From Actinomycetota bacterium (lineage in GTDB: Bacteria; Actinomycetota; Actinomycetes; JACCUZ01), in the NCBI GenBank assembly GCA_030841035.1, contig JAVEDI010000054.1, positions 5,048-69,047 on the forward strand: DNA of 64,000 nucleotides, in the 5' to 3' direction. Below the pieces are notes generated by a model. The model was not told the DNA's origin, searched no databases, and saw only the letters and a program-made list of their open reading frames with translations. Shown here in pieces: positions 45,612 through 54,518 of this stretch; within the stretch, counting starts at the first letter, position 1, and each line of letters opens with the position of its first letter. The position numbers and the translations under genes are program-made.

Positions 45612-46528
45612 GCGAACCCCGGTCCGCGGCGGCGCCGCGCGAGCGCTGCTCGTTCGCCGCGCAGCGCCGTGGCGACGCGCTGCCGGGGACTGCCGCACCG
45701 GCCCTCGGCTTCTTCCTGATCGAGCAGCCGGGGCCCTGGGGCCGTTTCGCGCTCACCCAGTCAGGCCTCGACCCCGTGGTGGGTCGTGGGGTGAGTGCGC
45801 GGGGGCTCGAGGCGGGGTTGCGGGTCCTGACGATCCGGCGGCCGGGACGCGCCGGGCCCGCCGAGGCCGCTGGTACCCGTCGACGGCGGTGGGCGCTCGT
45901 CGATGCACGGCCGGGCCGGGAGGTCACCCGCTGGGGGACGTTCGGTTCCGACGCCGAGCTGCTCGAGGTGCCCCTCGACGGCTCGGTCGGGGAGCCGTCG
46001 TACGACCCGTTGTTCCTCGTCTGCACCCACGGGCGCCACGACGCGTGCTGCGCCATCCGCGGCCGTCCCGTGGCGGCCTCGCTCGCCGAAGCCCGCCCGC
46101 AGCAGACCTGGGAGTGCTCGCACGTCGGCGGCGACCGTTTCGCGGCCAACCTCATCGCGTTGCCCCACGGGCTCTACTACGGCCGGGTGGACGCGCAGTC
46201 GGTGCACGACGTGGCCGCGGCGCACGAACGCGCAGAGGTGGTGCCGCGGCTGCTGCGCGGCCGCTCCCGCTGGCCACCGGCGACCCAGGCGGCTCAGCAG
46301 TATGCCCGTGAGCGGTACGGCGACCTGGCGATCGGCGCGTGGGCGGGAGCCGGGGCGCTGCCGCTCGGTGACGGGCGGTGGCAGGTGCGGCTGCGCCGCG
46401 ACGGCGGCCACCTGGTGGTGACGATCGCCGCCACCGGTGGCCCCGAGCCGGGGCTGCTCACGTGTCACGCCACCCGACCGGCCCACCCCCCGCAGTACGA
46501 GGTGCTGTCCTGCGTCGAGGTGGGCTGA
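45608..46528 (+). CDS. sucrase/ferredoxin-like family protein
   Basis: [18 protein letters not shown]...[10 protein letters not shown] Cys/His pattern of the family. GTG overlaps the JmjC-like stop. Confidence 0.62.
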   Translation: MSEPRSAAAPRERCSFAAQRRGDALPGTAAPALGFFLIEQPGPWGRFALTQSGLDPVVGRGVSARGLEAGLRVLTIRRPGRAGPAEAAGTRRRRWALVDARPGREVTRWGTFGSDAELLEVPLDGSVGEPSYDPLFLVCTHGRHDACCAIRGRPVAASLAEARPQQTWECSHVGGDRFAANLIALPHGLYYGRVDAQSVHDVAAAHERAEVVPRLLRGRSRWPPATQAAQQYARERYGDLAIGAWAGAGALPLGDGRWQVRLRRDGGHLVVTIAATGGPEPGLLTCHATRPAHPPQYEVLSCVEVG

Positions 46529-46538
46529 GCGCGGCGGC

Positions 46539-47195
<657 letters not shown>

Positions 47196-47303
47196 GCAAT
47201 GACCTCCGTGGGTGCCAACGTAGGGCTACGGCTGCGGATTCCGCGCGGGCCGACGGCAGCCGCCATGGGTGGTCGGCGGGGTGCTCGGCAATAGGCTCGG
47301 CTC

Positions 47304-48440
47304 ATGCAGTTCGAGACCCGAGCCATCCACGCCGGCCAGGCCCCTGACCCGGTCACCGGGGCGGTCGTGCCGCCGATCTACCAGACGTCGACCTACAAGC
47401 AGGACGGTGTCGGCGGGCTGCGCGGCGGCTACGAGTACAGCCGCAGCGCCAACCCGACGCGGACCGCGCTCGAGGCGTGCCTGGCGGCGCTCGAGGGTGG
47501 CCGACGAGGGCTGGCGTTCGCGTCCGGCCTGGCCGCCGAGGACACCCTGCTGCGCAGCGTCTGCGGCCCGGGCGCCCATGCGGTGGTCCCCGGCGACGCG
47601 TACGGCGGCACCTACCGGCTGTTCGCGACGGTCGCGCAGCGCTGGGGCCTGGACTTCACGCCGGCCGGCGGCCACGAGGTCGACGACTTCCGGGCCGCGA
47701 TCCGAGCGGGCACCACCAAGGTCGTGTGGGTGGAGACCCCGACCAACCCTCTGCTGGGCATCGTCGACATCGAGGCGGTCGCGCAGGTCGCGCACGAGGC
47801 CGGGGCGCTGCTGGTGGTCGACAACACCTTCGCCTCGCCCTACCTCACCCAGCCGATCTCGCTCGGTGCCGACGTCGTGGTGCACTCGACCACCAAGTAC
47901 CTGGGCGGGCACTCCGACGTGGTCGGGGGGGCCCTGGTGGTCGCCGACGACGCGGTGGCCGACCAGATCGCCTTCCACCAGAACGCGATGGGGGCGGTGG
48001 CGGGACCGTTCGACTCCTGGCTGGTGCTGCGTGGCATCAAGACGCTGGGCGTCCGCATGGACCGGCACTGCGCCAACGCGGAGCGCGTCGTGTCGGTCCT
48101 CACCGCGCATCCCCGGGTCACCCAGGTGCTCTATCCCGGGCTGCCCGAGCACCCCGGTCACGAGGTCGCCGGCAAGCAGATGAAGGCCTACGGCGGCATG
48201 GTGTCCTTCCGGGTGGCGGGTGGACAGGCCGAGGCCGTCGAGGTCTGCAATCGGGCCCGGCTGTTCACGTTGGGCGAGTCTCTCGGCGGGGTCGAGTCGC
48301 TCATCGAGCACCCCGGCCTCATGACCCACGCGTCCGTGGCCGGGTCCCCGCTGGAGGTCCCCGCCGACCTGGTGCGCCTGTCGGTCGGCATCGAGGCCGC
48401 CGAGGACCTGGTCGAGGACGTCGCCCAGGCTCTCGGGTGA
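47304..48440 (+). CDS. metB: cystathionine gamma-synthase (Cys/Met-metabolism PLP enzyme)
   Basis: AIHAGQ..., PLP-lysine region STTKYLGGHSDVVGG. Position relative to cbs and greA matches mycobacteria. Confidence 0.88.
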   Translation: MQFETRAIHAGQAPDPVTGAVVPPIYQTSTYKQDGVGGLRGGYEYSRSANPTRTALEACLAALEGGRRGLAFASGLAAEDTLLRSVCGPGAHAVVPGDAYGGTYRLFATVAQRWGLDFTPAGGHEVDDFRAAIRAGTTKVVWVETPTNPLLGIVDIEAVAQVAHEAGALLVVDNTFASPYLTQPISLGADVVVHSTTKYLGGHSDVVGGALVVADDAVADQIAFHQNAMGAVAGPFDSWLVLRGIKTLGVRMDRHCANAERVVSVLTAHPRVTQVLYPGLPEHPGHEVAGKQMKAYGGMVSFRVAGGQAEAVEVCNRARLFTLGESLGGVESLIEHPGLMTHASVAGSPLEVPADLVRLSVGIEAAEDLVEDVAQALG

Positions 48441-48480
48441 CGCACGGCGCCACTGCCACCACCGGCGCGGTCGGTGGCCG

Positions 48481-49818
48481 GTGAGCGCTGCGGTGATGTG
48501 CATCGACGTGGGTTCGACGTTCACCAAGGCTGCTCTGGTCGACGTCGACGGCGGCGCCCTCCTGGCGACCGCGTCGGTGCCGACGACCGCGGCGACCGAC
48601 GTGATGGAGGGGATCGACCGCTGCCGCGCCATGCTGGGGGCAGGTGACGACGTCCCCGCGCTCGCGTGCTCCAGCGCTGGCGGCGGCCTGCGCCTCGCGG
48701 TGGTCGGCTACGAGCGGGCGATCAGCGTCGAGGCCGGACGCCGGGTCGGCCTCTGCGCCGGCGCCCGGACCGCGCATGTCGCGTCCGGGCCGCTCGGCGA
48801 GGACGAGCTCGCCGGGCTGCGCGCCAGCCGACCGGACGTCGTGCTGCTGGCCGGCGGGACCGACGGCGGGAACGCCGAGATCCTGCTGCACAACGCCGCT
48901 GCGCTGGCCCGGGCCCAGCTGGCGGTGCCGGTCGTCGCGGCCGGCAACGTCGAGGTGCTCGACGAGGTGGTCGCCGTGCTCGAGGCGGCCGGCGTCACCG
49001 TCTATCCCAGCGCGAACGTGCTCCCGGTGATCGGCCGGCTGGACCCGCTGCCGGCCCGCGAGAGGATTCGAGAGGTCTTCATCCGCCACGTCATCGGCGG
49101 CAAGGGGCTGTCCGTGCGCGACGACTTCCGGTCGCTCGTCCGCGCCGCGACGCCTGACGCCGTTCTCGTCGGCGTCGAGCTGCTCGCCGACGGCACGAGC
49201 GGCGCTGCGGGTGTCGGTGACGTGCTGGTCGTCGACGTGGGCGGCGCCACCACCGACGTCTACTCGGTCGTTGCCCCGCGTGGAGAGGACGCCGCCCTGC
49301 ACCGCGAGGTGGTCGAGGTCTTGTGGCGCTCCCGCACGGTCGAGGGCGACCTCGGCGTGCGCTGGAACGCACCTGGCATCCTCGACGCGGCCCTCACCGA
49401 GCGCCTGCTGAGCGCACAGCAGGCGGCGGCCCTGCGGCCGGCCGCGCTGCGGCGGGCGGCGGAACCGGCGTACGTCGCTGGGTCTGATCAGGAGCGCGAG
49501 ACCGACGTCCGCCTCGCCGAGCTCGCGGTCACGGTGGCGCTGCGCCGGCACGCCCGCGGCGGCAAGGACCTGCGCGAGGTGATGCTGGTCGTCGGCTCCG
49601 GCGGCGTGCTGCGCAACGCCGGCGAGGCCATCAGGGCCCGGGTGCTGCGCCCGGCGGTGCGGGACTTCGGGGGCGGCTGGCCGGTCCCGGAGCACGCCCG
49701 CACGGTGGTGGACGCGTCCTACGTCCTCGCGGCTGCCGGACTGCTCGCCGAGCAGTACCCGCAGGCGGCGGCCGGCCTGCTGCGATCGGCTCTCCTGGGA
49801 TCGGCCTGGACCGCCTGA
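48481..49818 (+). CDS. GlmL/MutL-family ASKHA ATPase (glutamate-mutase accessory protein-like), orphan
   Basis: N-terminal MCIDVGSTFTKAALVD phosphate-1 motif and a second VVDVGGATTDVY motif. About 445 aa. The family call rests on sequence recognition only. Confidence 0.5.
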   Translation: MSAAVMCIDVGSTFTKAALVDVDGGALLATASVPTTAATDVMEGIDRCRAMLGAGDDVPALACSSAGGGLRLAVVGYERAISVEAGRRVGLCAGARTAHVASGPLGEDELAGLRASRPDVVLLAGGTDGGNAEILLHNAAALARAQLAVPVVAAGNVEVLDEVVAVLEAAGVTVYPSANVLPVIGRLDPLPARERIREVFIRHVIGGKGLSVRDDFRSLVRAATPDAVLVGVELLADGTSGAAGVGDVLVVDVGGATTDVYSVVAPRGEDAALHREVVEVLWRSRTVEGDLGVRWNAPGILDAALTERLLSAQQAAALRPAALRRAAEPAYVAGSDQERETDVRLAELAVTVALRRHARGGKDLREVMLVVGSGGVLRNAGEAIRARVLRPAVRDFGGGWPVPEHARTVVDASYVLAAAGLLAEQYPQAAAGLLRSALLGSAWTA

Positions 49819-49838
49819 GCGCATGACGGCGTCGGGCC

Positions 49839-51134
49839 TCAGGTGGAGGGCGTCGGGGCGGCCGTCGTCTCCGGCTCGGGGTCGGCCTGGGGGCGGTGGC
49901 GGGTCTCGCGGGACAGCAGTGAGGCGACCAGGCCGGCCGCGACCACCGCGGCCGTGACGCCGAACGCGGCGCCGAACGAGTAGCCGTCGGCCAGGTAGCC
50001 GGCAACCAACGGTCCCGCGACGGCGCCCACGTCGGAGGACATCTGGAACGCCGCCACCACCGTGCCGCCACGACCCACCACGACGTCACCGACGGTCGCG
50101 CTGGGCCCGACCGACAAGAACGCCGCGCCTGCCCCGAACAGCGCCATGGCAAGGACGTACAGGGGCAACGACTCGAACAGGGTGAGCACCAGGAGGCTCG
50201 CGGTGGCGACGGCCGAGCCGGCGATCATCGCCGGGCGTCGGCCGACCGTGTCGGCGAGCCGTCCGGCCGGCAGCAGCAGCGCGCCCTGGGCCGCGGCGGA
50301 CACGAAGAACCCCACGCCGATCCACGTCGGTGACGTCCCGAGTCGCTCGGTGACGAACAGTGGCACCAGCGAGCTGCGGACCCCGAACAGTGCCCAGCCG
50401 TTCCCGAGGTTGGTGACCAGCGCGGCGCGGTAGCCCGACACCCGCAAGGCCTCACGCAGGGTGGTTCGCTGCAGCGCGGTGCTCGCCGCGACCTCCTTGT
50501 CGTGCAGCGGCGTGTGGGTCAGGAACAGCATGCCGATCGAGCCCGCCACGGCCAGCGTGCCGGCGTAGACGAAGAACGGCGCCCGGACAGATATCTCGGT
50601 CAGTACGCCGCCGAGGGCGGGCCCGGCGATGCCGCCGAGGAGGAAGCCGGCCTGCCACATGCCGGTGGCCCGGCCGCGCTGGTCGGCCGAGACGACGCGC
50701 AGCAGCAGCGACACCGCGGAGACCGTGAACATGGCCGAGCCGATGCCCCCGACCCCGCGCAGCAGCACCAGCTGGGTGTAGGACTGCGCGAGGCCTGCGA
50801 GGGCGCTGCTGACCGCGACGATGGCGATGCCGGACGCGAGCACGACCCGCTCGCCGACCCGGTCGACGAGGCGGCCGCTAGCGAGCGCCGAGACCAGGCG
50901 CATGAAGGCGAACGCCGAGATGACGGCGCCGGCGGCGGTGCGCCCGACGCCGAACTCCCGGGCGAAGACGGGGATGGCCGGAGCCACCACGCCGAAGCCC
51001 ACGGCGACGCTGAAGGCGACGGCAGACAGCACCGCCACCTCGCGGGGCAACCCGTGGAACGGACGCCGGAGGAGGGCTCTCACCGTGGGTCGGGCGTGGC
51101 GGGGTCGGGCACCCACCGACCGTACCCGCGGCAC
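49839..51134 (-). CDS. MFS transporter (start uncertain, probably an internal Val/Met)
   Basis: 12 hydrophobic spans. The Arg-rich N-terminal 20-30 aa of the track ORF are probably not translated. Confidence 0.75.
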   Translation of the reverse strand: MPRVRSVGARPRHARPTVRALLRRPFHGLPREVAVLSAVAFSVAVGFGVVAPAIPVFAREFGVGRTAAGAVISAFAFMRLVSALASGRLVDRVGERVVLASGIAIVAVSSALAGLAQSYTQLVLLRGVGGIGSAMFTVSAVSLLLRVVSADQRGRATGMWQAGFLLGGIAGPALGGVLTEISVRAPFFVYAGTLAVAGSIGMLFLTHTPLHDKEVAASTALQRTTLREALRVSGYRAALVTNLGNGWALFGVRSSLVPLFVTERLGTSPTWIGVGFFVSAAAQGALLLPAGRLADTVGRRPAMIAGSAVATASLLVLTLFESLPLYVLAMALFGAGAAFLSVGPSATVGDVVVGRGGTVVAAFQMSSDVGAVAGPLVAGYLADGYSFGAAFGVTAAVVAAGLVASLLSRETRHRPQADPEPETTAAPTPST

Positions 51135-51158
51135 GTGTCGGGGCGGTCCGGCGGGCCG

Positions 51159-51761
51159 TCAGACGTTCGCGATCCTGGCCCGGGGGTCCTCGGCCTCCGG
51201 TGCGAGGGCGGGCACGGAGCGCGCGGGACGACCACGCCCGGTCAGGTCGCCCGCGTCGACGCCGTCGAACCCGAGGTCGGTCAGCAGGTCGATGACGGCT
51301 GCCTTGGCGGCGGTGTCGTCGCCCGCGACCCGCACCGCCAGCTGGGGCGCGAGGCCGCCCATCGGCCCCGCCTCCGCCACGGCGAGCAGGTTGGCGCTGT
51401 CCAGCACGCTGACGACCGCGGCGCCGGCCAGGTGCTCGGCGAGCAGCCGGCCGGCTGACGTGTCGGCCTCCTTGGCAGCAGAGGAGGACCCGAACCAGTC
51501 CGTGGCCTCCGCCACGGTCCGGCCGATGAAGGGCTCGGGAGGCAGCTGCAGGGCCTGGCGCAGCGGCAGCACAACGACGATCACCTGCGACCGGCGCGCG
51601 AGGCCCTCCACGGTGGCGGCGTCGACCTGCGGGTGTGCGCGGGCAGCCTCGGGAGCGGCCGCGCCGCTCGCGTCGGCCGCGAGCACGTCGTGCCCGCGCG
51701 CGGCGACCCGGTGGCTCAGGACGATGGCCAGGCTCCCGGTCCCGATGATGCCGACGCGCAT
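51159..51761 (-). CDS. NADP oxidoreductase, coenzyme F420-dependent / NAD(P)-binding (ProC-like) family protein
   Basis: Rossmann N-terminus MRVGIIGTGSLA. ATG 51761 is preceded 5 nt upstream by GGGAGGAG. The track start at 51812 is rejected. Confidence 0.6.
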   Translation of the reverse strand: MRVGIIGTGSLAIVLSHRVAARGHDVLAADASGAAAPEAARAHPQVDAATVEGLARRSQVIVVVLPLRQALQLPPEPFIGRTVAEATDWFGSSSAAKEADTSAGRLLAEHLAGAAVVSVLDSANLLAVAEAGPMGGLAPQLAVRVAGDDTAAKAAVIDLLTDLGFDGVDAGDLTGRGRPARSVPALAPEAEDPRARIANV

Positions 51762-51820
51762 GGCGACTCCTCCCGGTCGGCTCATGGTGGTCGGGGCAGC
51801 GGTGCGCGTCATCCCCCGAA

Positions 51821-51920
51821 CGCGGCAGCGTTCATCGGTGCGACGCGGCAGCGTTCATCGGTGCGGCGCGGCAGCGTTCTTCGGTGCGGCGCGGCAGCGT
51901 TCATCGGTGCGGCGCGGCAG
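51821..51920. repeat. 23-bp direct tandem repeat, 4.3 copies (cgcggcagcgttcatcggtgcg[a/g], one copy with tct for tca)
   Basis: Read directly: units at 51821-51843, 51844-51866, 51867-51889, 51890-51912, and a partial unit at 51913-51920. Lies 60-160 nt upstream of the F420-like gene start. Confidence 0.85.
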
Positions 51921-51943
51921 GGTCGCCGCTTGCCCGGGACAGC

Positions 51944-52015
51944 AGGGCCCCGCTGCCGTGAGCGGCAGCGGGGCCAGCGCAGGCGTGCCTGCGCGATGGT
52001 GCCTGAGGGCCCTCA
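51944..52015. terminator. cluster of three GC-rich hairpins (13-bp stem GGCCCCGCTGCCG/CGGCAGCGGGGCC; CGCAGGCgtgCCTGCG; palindrome CTGAGGGCCCTCAG)
   Basis: Perfect inverted repeats read from the sequence. Located downstream of the minus-strand AAA/VWA/Zn-ribbon operon. No U-tract follows. Confidence 0.45.
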
Positions 52016-52284
52016 GTCGTCCCAGGGGCCGTAGTCGTCCTCGATCATGAGGCTCTCCATTCCCGTGCACATGCCGTCTGGAACATCACAGATGCGCGAC
52101 GGCCACGATTGTCGAGTGGTCTTCCGTGCCCACGGCCGCTTCTGGCCTGGCATCGGGGGCCGGGCGCCGGAGGCGCACCGGGCAGCCGCTGTGCGGGCTG
52201 CGTACCTTCAGCGTACGCGGTGTGACGGCTTTCGTCACGTTCCGCGCAGTGAACGGTGCGTGACCACACGGTCGCCACGCGGGC

Positions 52285-52536
52285 TTAGGACGGTGTCTGT
52301 GCGCTCCCGGGTGCCGGGCAGCGCAGCCGTTTGCGCTCCCGCGTCTCGACGTAGGTGTGTTCGGACATGGGCGCGCCACACCGGGGGCATGGCAGATCAG
52401 GGGTGGCAACCGGCTTGGCGGGCTCGTCGTAGGGGCCCAGCTGCGCGGGGCCCAGAAACCGGAACAACGTGTTGTAGATGCGGTCCCCCAGGGAGCGCCG
52501 CGAGCCGGGCCGACCGGACTGCTTGGCCACAGTCAC
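52285..52536 (-). CDS. putative small zinc-ribbon protein (CPRCG...C), translationally coupled to the VWA gene
   Basis: C-terminal 83 codons of track ORF 52285..53118 switch from Arg-rich to protein-like composition (DRIYNTLFRFLGPAQLGPYDEPAKPVATPDLPCPRCGAPMSEHTY...). GTG at 52536 overlaps the VWA stop (GTGA). Confidence 0.35.
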   Translation of the reverse strand: MTVAKQSGRPGSRRSLGDRIYNTLFRFLGPAQLGPYDEPAKPVATPDLPCPRCGAPMSEHTYVETRERKRLRCPAPGSAQTPS

Positions 52537-54518
52537 GAGCGTACGCCTGCGCCGCGGGCGCGGCCGACGTTGCGACGGGCGAGGTAGTCGCTGACGACGT
52601 ACTGCCCGAGGTGGCCGGCGTCGGGCATGAAGACCCGACCGCCGTTGCGACGGGCGAGCTCGTGCACGAACGCCGTCAACCGCGGGTCGTCGTCCAGCTG
52701 GAACACGTTCACGGTCGCGCCACGGCGGGTCATGCGGTCGACCTCGGCCACGGTGAGCGCGATCGTCTCCTGCTCGGGTGGCCAGGCGAACCATGGTTGC
52801 CCGCCGGGCAGCAGGTGTGCCGTCGGCTCGCCGTCGGTGACGACGAGCACGACCGGCTCGGCGTCGGGGTGCCTGTCGAGGAACCGGCCTCCGAGCATGA
52901 GCGCGTGCTGCAGGTTCGTGCCCTGCACGTAGTCGGGCTCGAGCCCGGCGAGCTCCGTGGGGGAGAGCACGCGGGCATACGAGGAGAACCCGATGATCTG
53001 CAAGGCGTCCTGGGGGAACATGCCCGAGATCAGCGCCTGCAGCGCCAGAGCCGTGGCCTTGGCCGGTGCCCACGTGTCGCGCAGCACCATCGAGTAGGAC
53101 AGGTCCAGCAGCAGGCACACCGCCGCCGACGTACGCCGCTCCGTCTCGGCGACCTCGAAGTCCTCGGGGAGCAGCCGTAGCCGGCGGTCGGCGGGCAGCC
53201 CCCCGCGACGTACGGCGTTGGTGAGCGTGCGTACGACGTCGAGTGGCTGCTCGTCGCCGAACCGCCAGGCGCGCGACGAGCCGGTCAGCTCACCGGCCTG
53301 CCCCGCGTCGTGCACGTCGTGCCCACCGGGCGAGGTTGCCCGGAGGTCGGCGAAGACCCGGCGCAGCGCGGTCTGGCCGAGCCGGCGGATCGCCTTGGGC
53401 GTCAGGTCGAGCCGCTCGCCCTGGCGGGTGACGTAGCCCTGCTCCTCCAGCTCGCGCTCGAGGCGGCGCAGGTCGCGCAGCGCGTCACCCGCGGTGCGGC
53501 CGAGAGCGCGGCGCACGGCCTCCTCGTCGATGTCCTCCAGGCTCGCGCCGGGGTAGTCCTGCCCGAGCGTCGACTCGAGCTCGTCGAGGTCCGCGAGGTC
53601 CTGCAGGGCGCTGGTCGCGTCGCCTGCCCCGAGTGGCTCGTCGCCGGTCATCCGGGTGCGGGACCGCCAGTCGAGGTCGGGCCGGCGCCCCCGAAGGGCA
53701 TCGTTGAGCTGCTGCATCTGGCTGGCGAGGTCCATGTCCTCGAGTGCGGTCTGCATCAGGGCGGACAGCTCCGTGCGCTGCTGCGGAGTCAGCGACTGCA
53801 TCATCCGCTCGGCCGCTGCGGCGCGTCGGGCGAGTGAGTCGACCAGCTCCTCGAGGTTCTGCGGGTCGTCGGGGAACATGTCGCCGTACTTCTGCATGAA
53901 GTCGTCGAACTGCTCCTGGGTGTGTTCGCCGCGCGCGTCGGCCTCCAGCATCGCGTTGAGGTCACCGAGCATGTCCTTGACGCGCTGCATCGCCTCGGGG
54001 TCCGGATTCTCCAGGGCCTGCTTCATGCCGCGGAACTGCGTGTCGAGCACCTCGCGGCGCAGCAGGTCCTTGATCTGCTCGTAGGTATGCCGCGCGTCGG
54101 GCGAGCGCCACTCGTAGTTCTCCAGGTCGCGCACGGCGCGCGCCGGGTCGCCCGGCAACGCGTCGAGCGAGGCTTCTCGCAAGCGCGCGTCGTCGCCCGG
54201 GTCGGGGAAGAGAGCGGCGCGCTCCTGACCCACGGCGGTGTCCAGCAGCCGGCGTACCTCCTCGAGCGTCCCGTCGAGGCGCCCGCGGTCACGCAGGTCA
54301 CGCCGCTGCTGGCGGACCCGGCGCATCATCTCGTCGAGCCCTCGCATCCGGTCGCTGCCCTGGCGCAGCAGGTTGCGCAGCGCGTCGCGGGGTGTCATGC
54401 CGCTGAGCACGTCGTCACCGAGCCGGTCCAGCGCGCGGCGGACGTCATACGGCGCGGCGAGCGGGTCGGGCCCGTCGTGCCAGGCGCCGTACCGGTAGCC
54501 GGGGGAGCGACGGGACAT
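52533..54518 (-). CDS. VWA domain-containing protein (long acidic N-terminal region, C-terminal von Willebrand A domain)
   Basis: C-terminal VWA/MIDAS region (AAVCLLLDLSYSM...VVLVVTDGEPTA). Start overlaps the stop of the upstream AAA+ gene. Confidence 0.8.
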   Translation of the reverse strand: MSRRSPGYRYGAWHDGPDPLAAPYDVRRALDRLGDDVLSGMTPRDALRNLLRQGSDRMRGLDEMMRRVRQQRRDLRDRGRLDGTLEEVRRLLDTAVGQERAALFPDPGDDARLREASLDALPGDPARAVRDLENYEWRSPDARHTYEQIKDLLRREVLDTQFRGMKQALENPDPEAMQRVKDMLGDLNAMLEADARGEHTQEQFDDFMQKYGDMFPDDPQNLEELVDSLARRAAAAERMMQSLTPQQRTELSALMQTALEDMDLASQMQQLNDALRGRRPDLDWRSRTRMTGDEPLGAGDATSALQDLADLDELESTLGQDYPGASLEDIDEEAVRRALGRTAGDALRDLRRLERELEEQGYVTRQGERLDLTPKAIRRLGQTALRRVFADLRATSPGGHDVHDAGQAGELTGSSRAWRFGDEQPLDVVRTLTNAVRRGGLPADRRLRLLPEDFEVAETERRTSAAVCLLLDLSYSMVLRDTWAPAKATALALQALISGMFPQDALQIIGFSSYARVLSPTELAGLEPDYVQGTNLQHALMLGGRFLDRHPDAEPVVLVVTDGEPTAHLLPGGQPWFAWPPEQETIALTVAEVDRMTRRGATVNVFQLDDDPRLTAFVHELARRNGGRVFMPDAGHLGQYVVSDYLARRNVGRARGAGVRS

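Noticed and set aside
47196-47303. Possible SAM-IV riboswitch upstream of metB in the msrA-metB divergent region
   Set aside because: The region is only about 108 nt and I could not recognise the conserved SAM-IV core segments. A covariance-model scan would be needed to settle it.
51821-51920. CRISPR array interpretation of the 23-bp repeats
   Set aside because: The units are directly adjacent with no spacers, only 23 bp long, and no cas genes are nearby. This is a simple tandem repeat.
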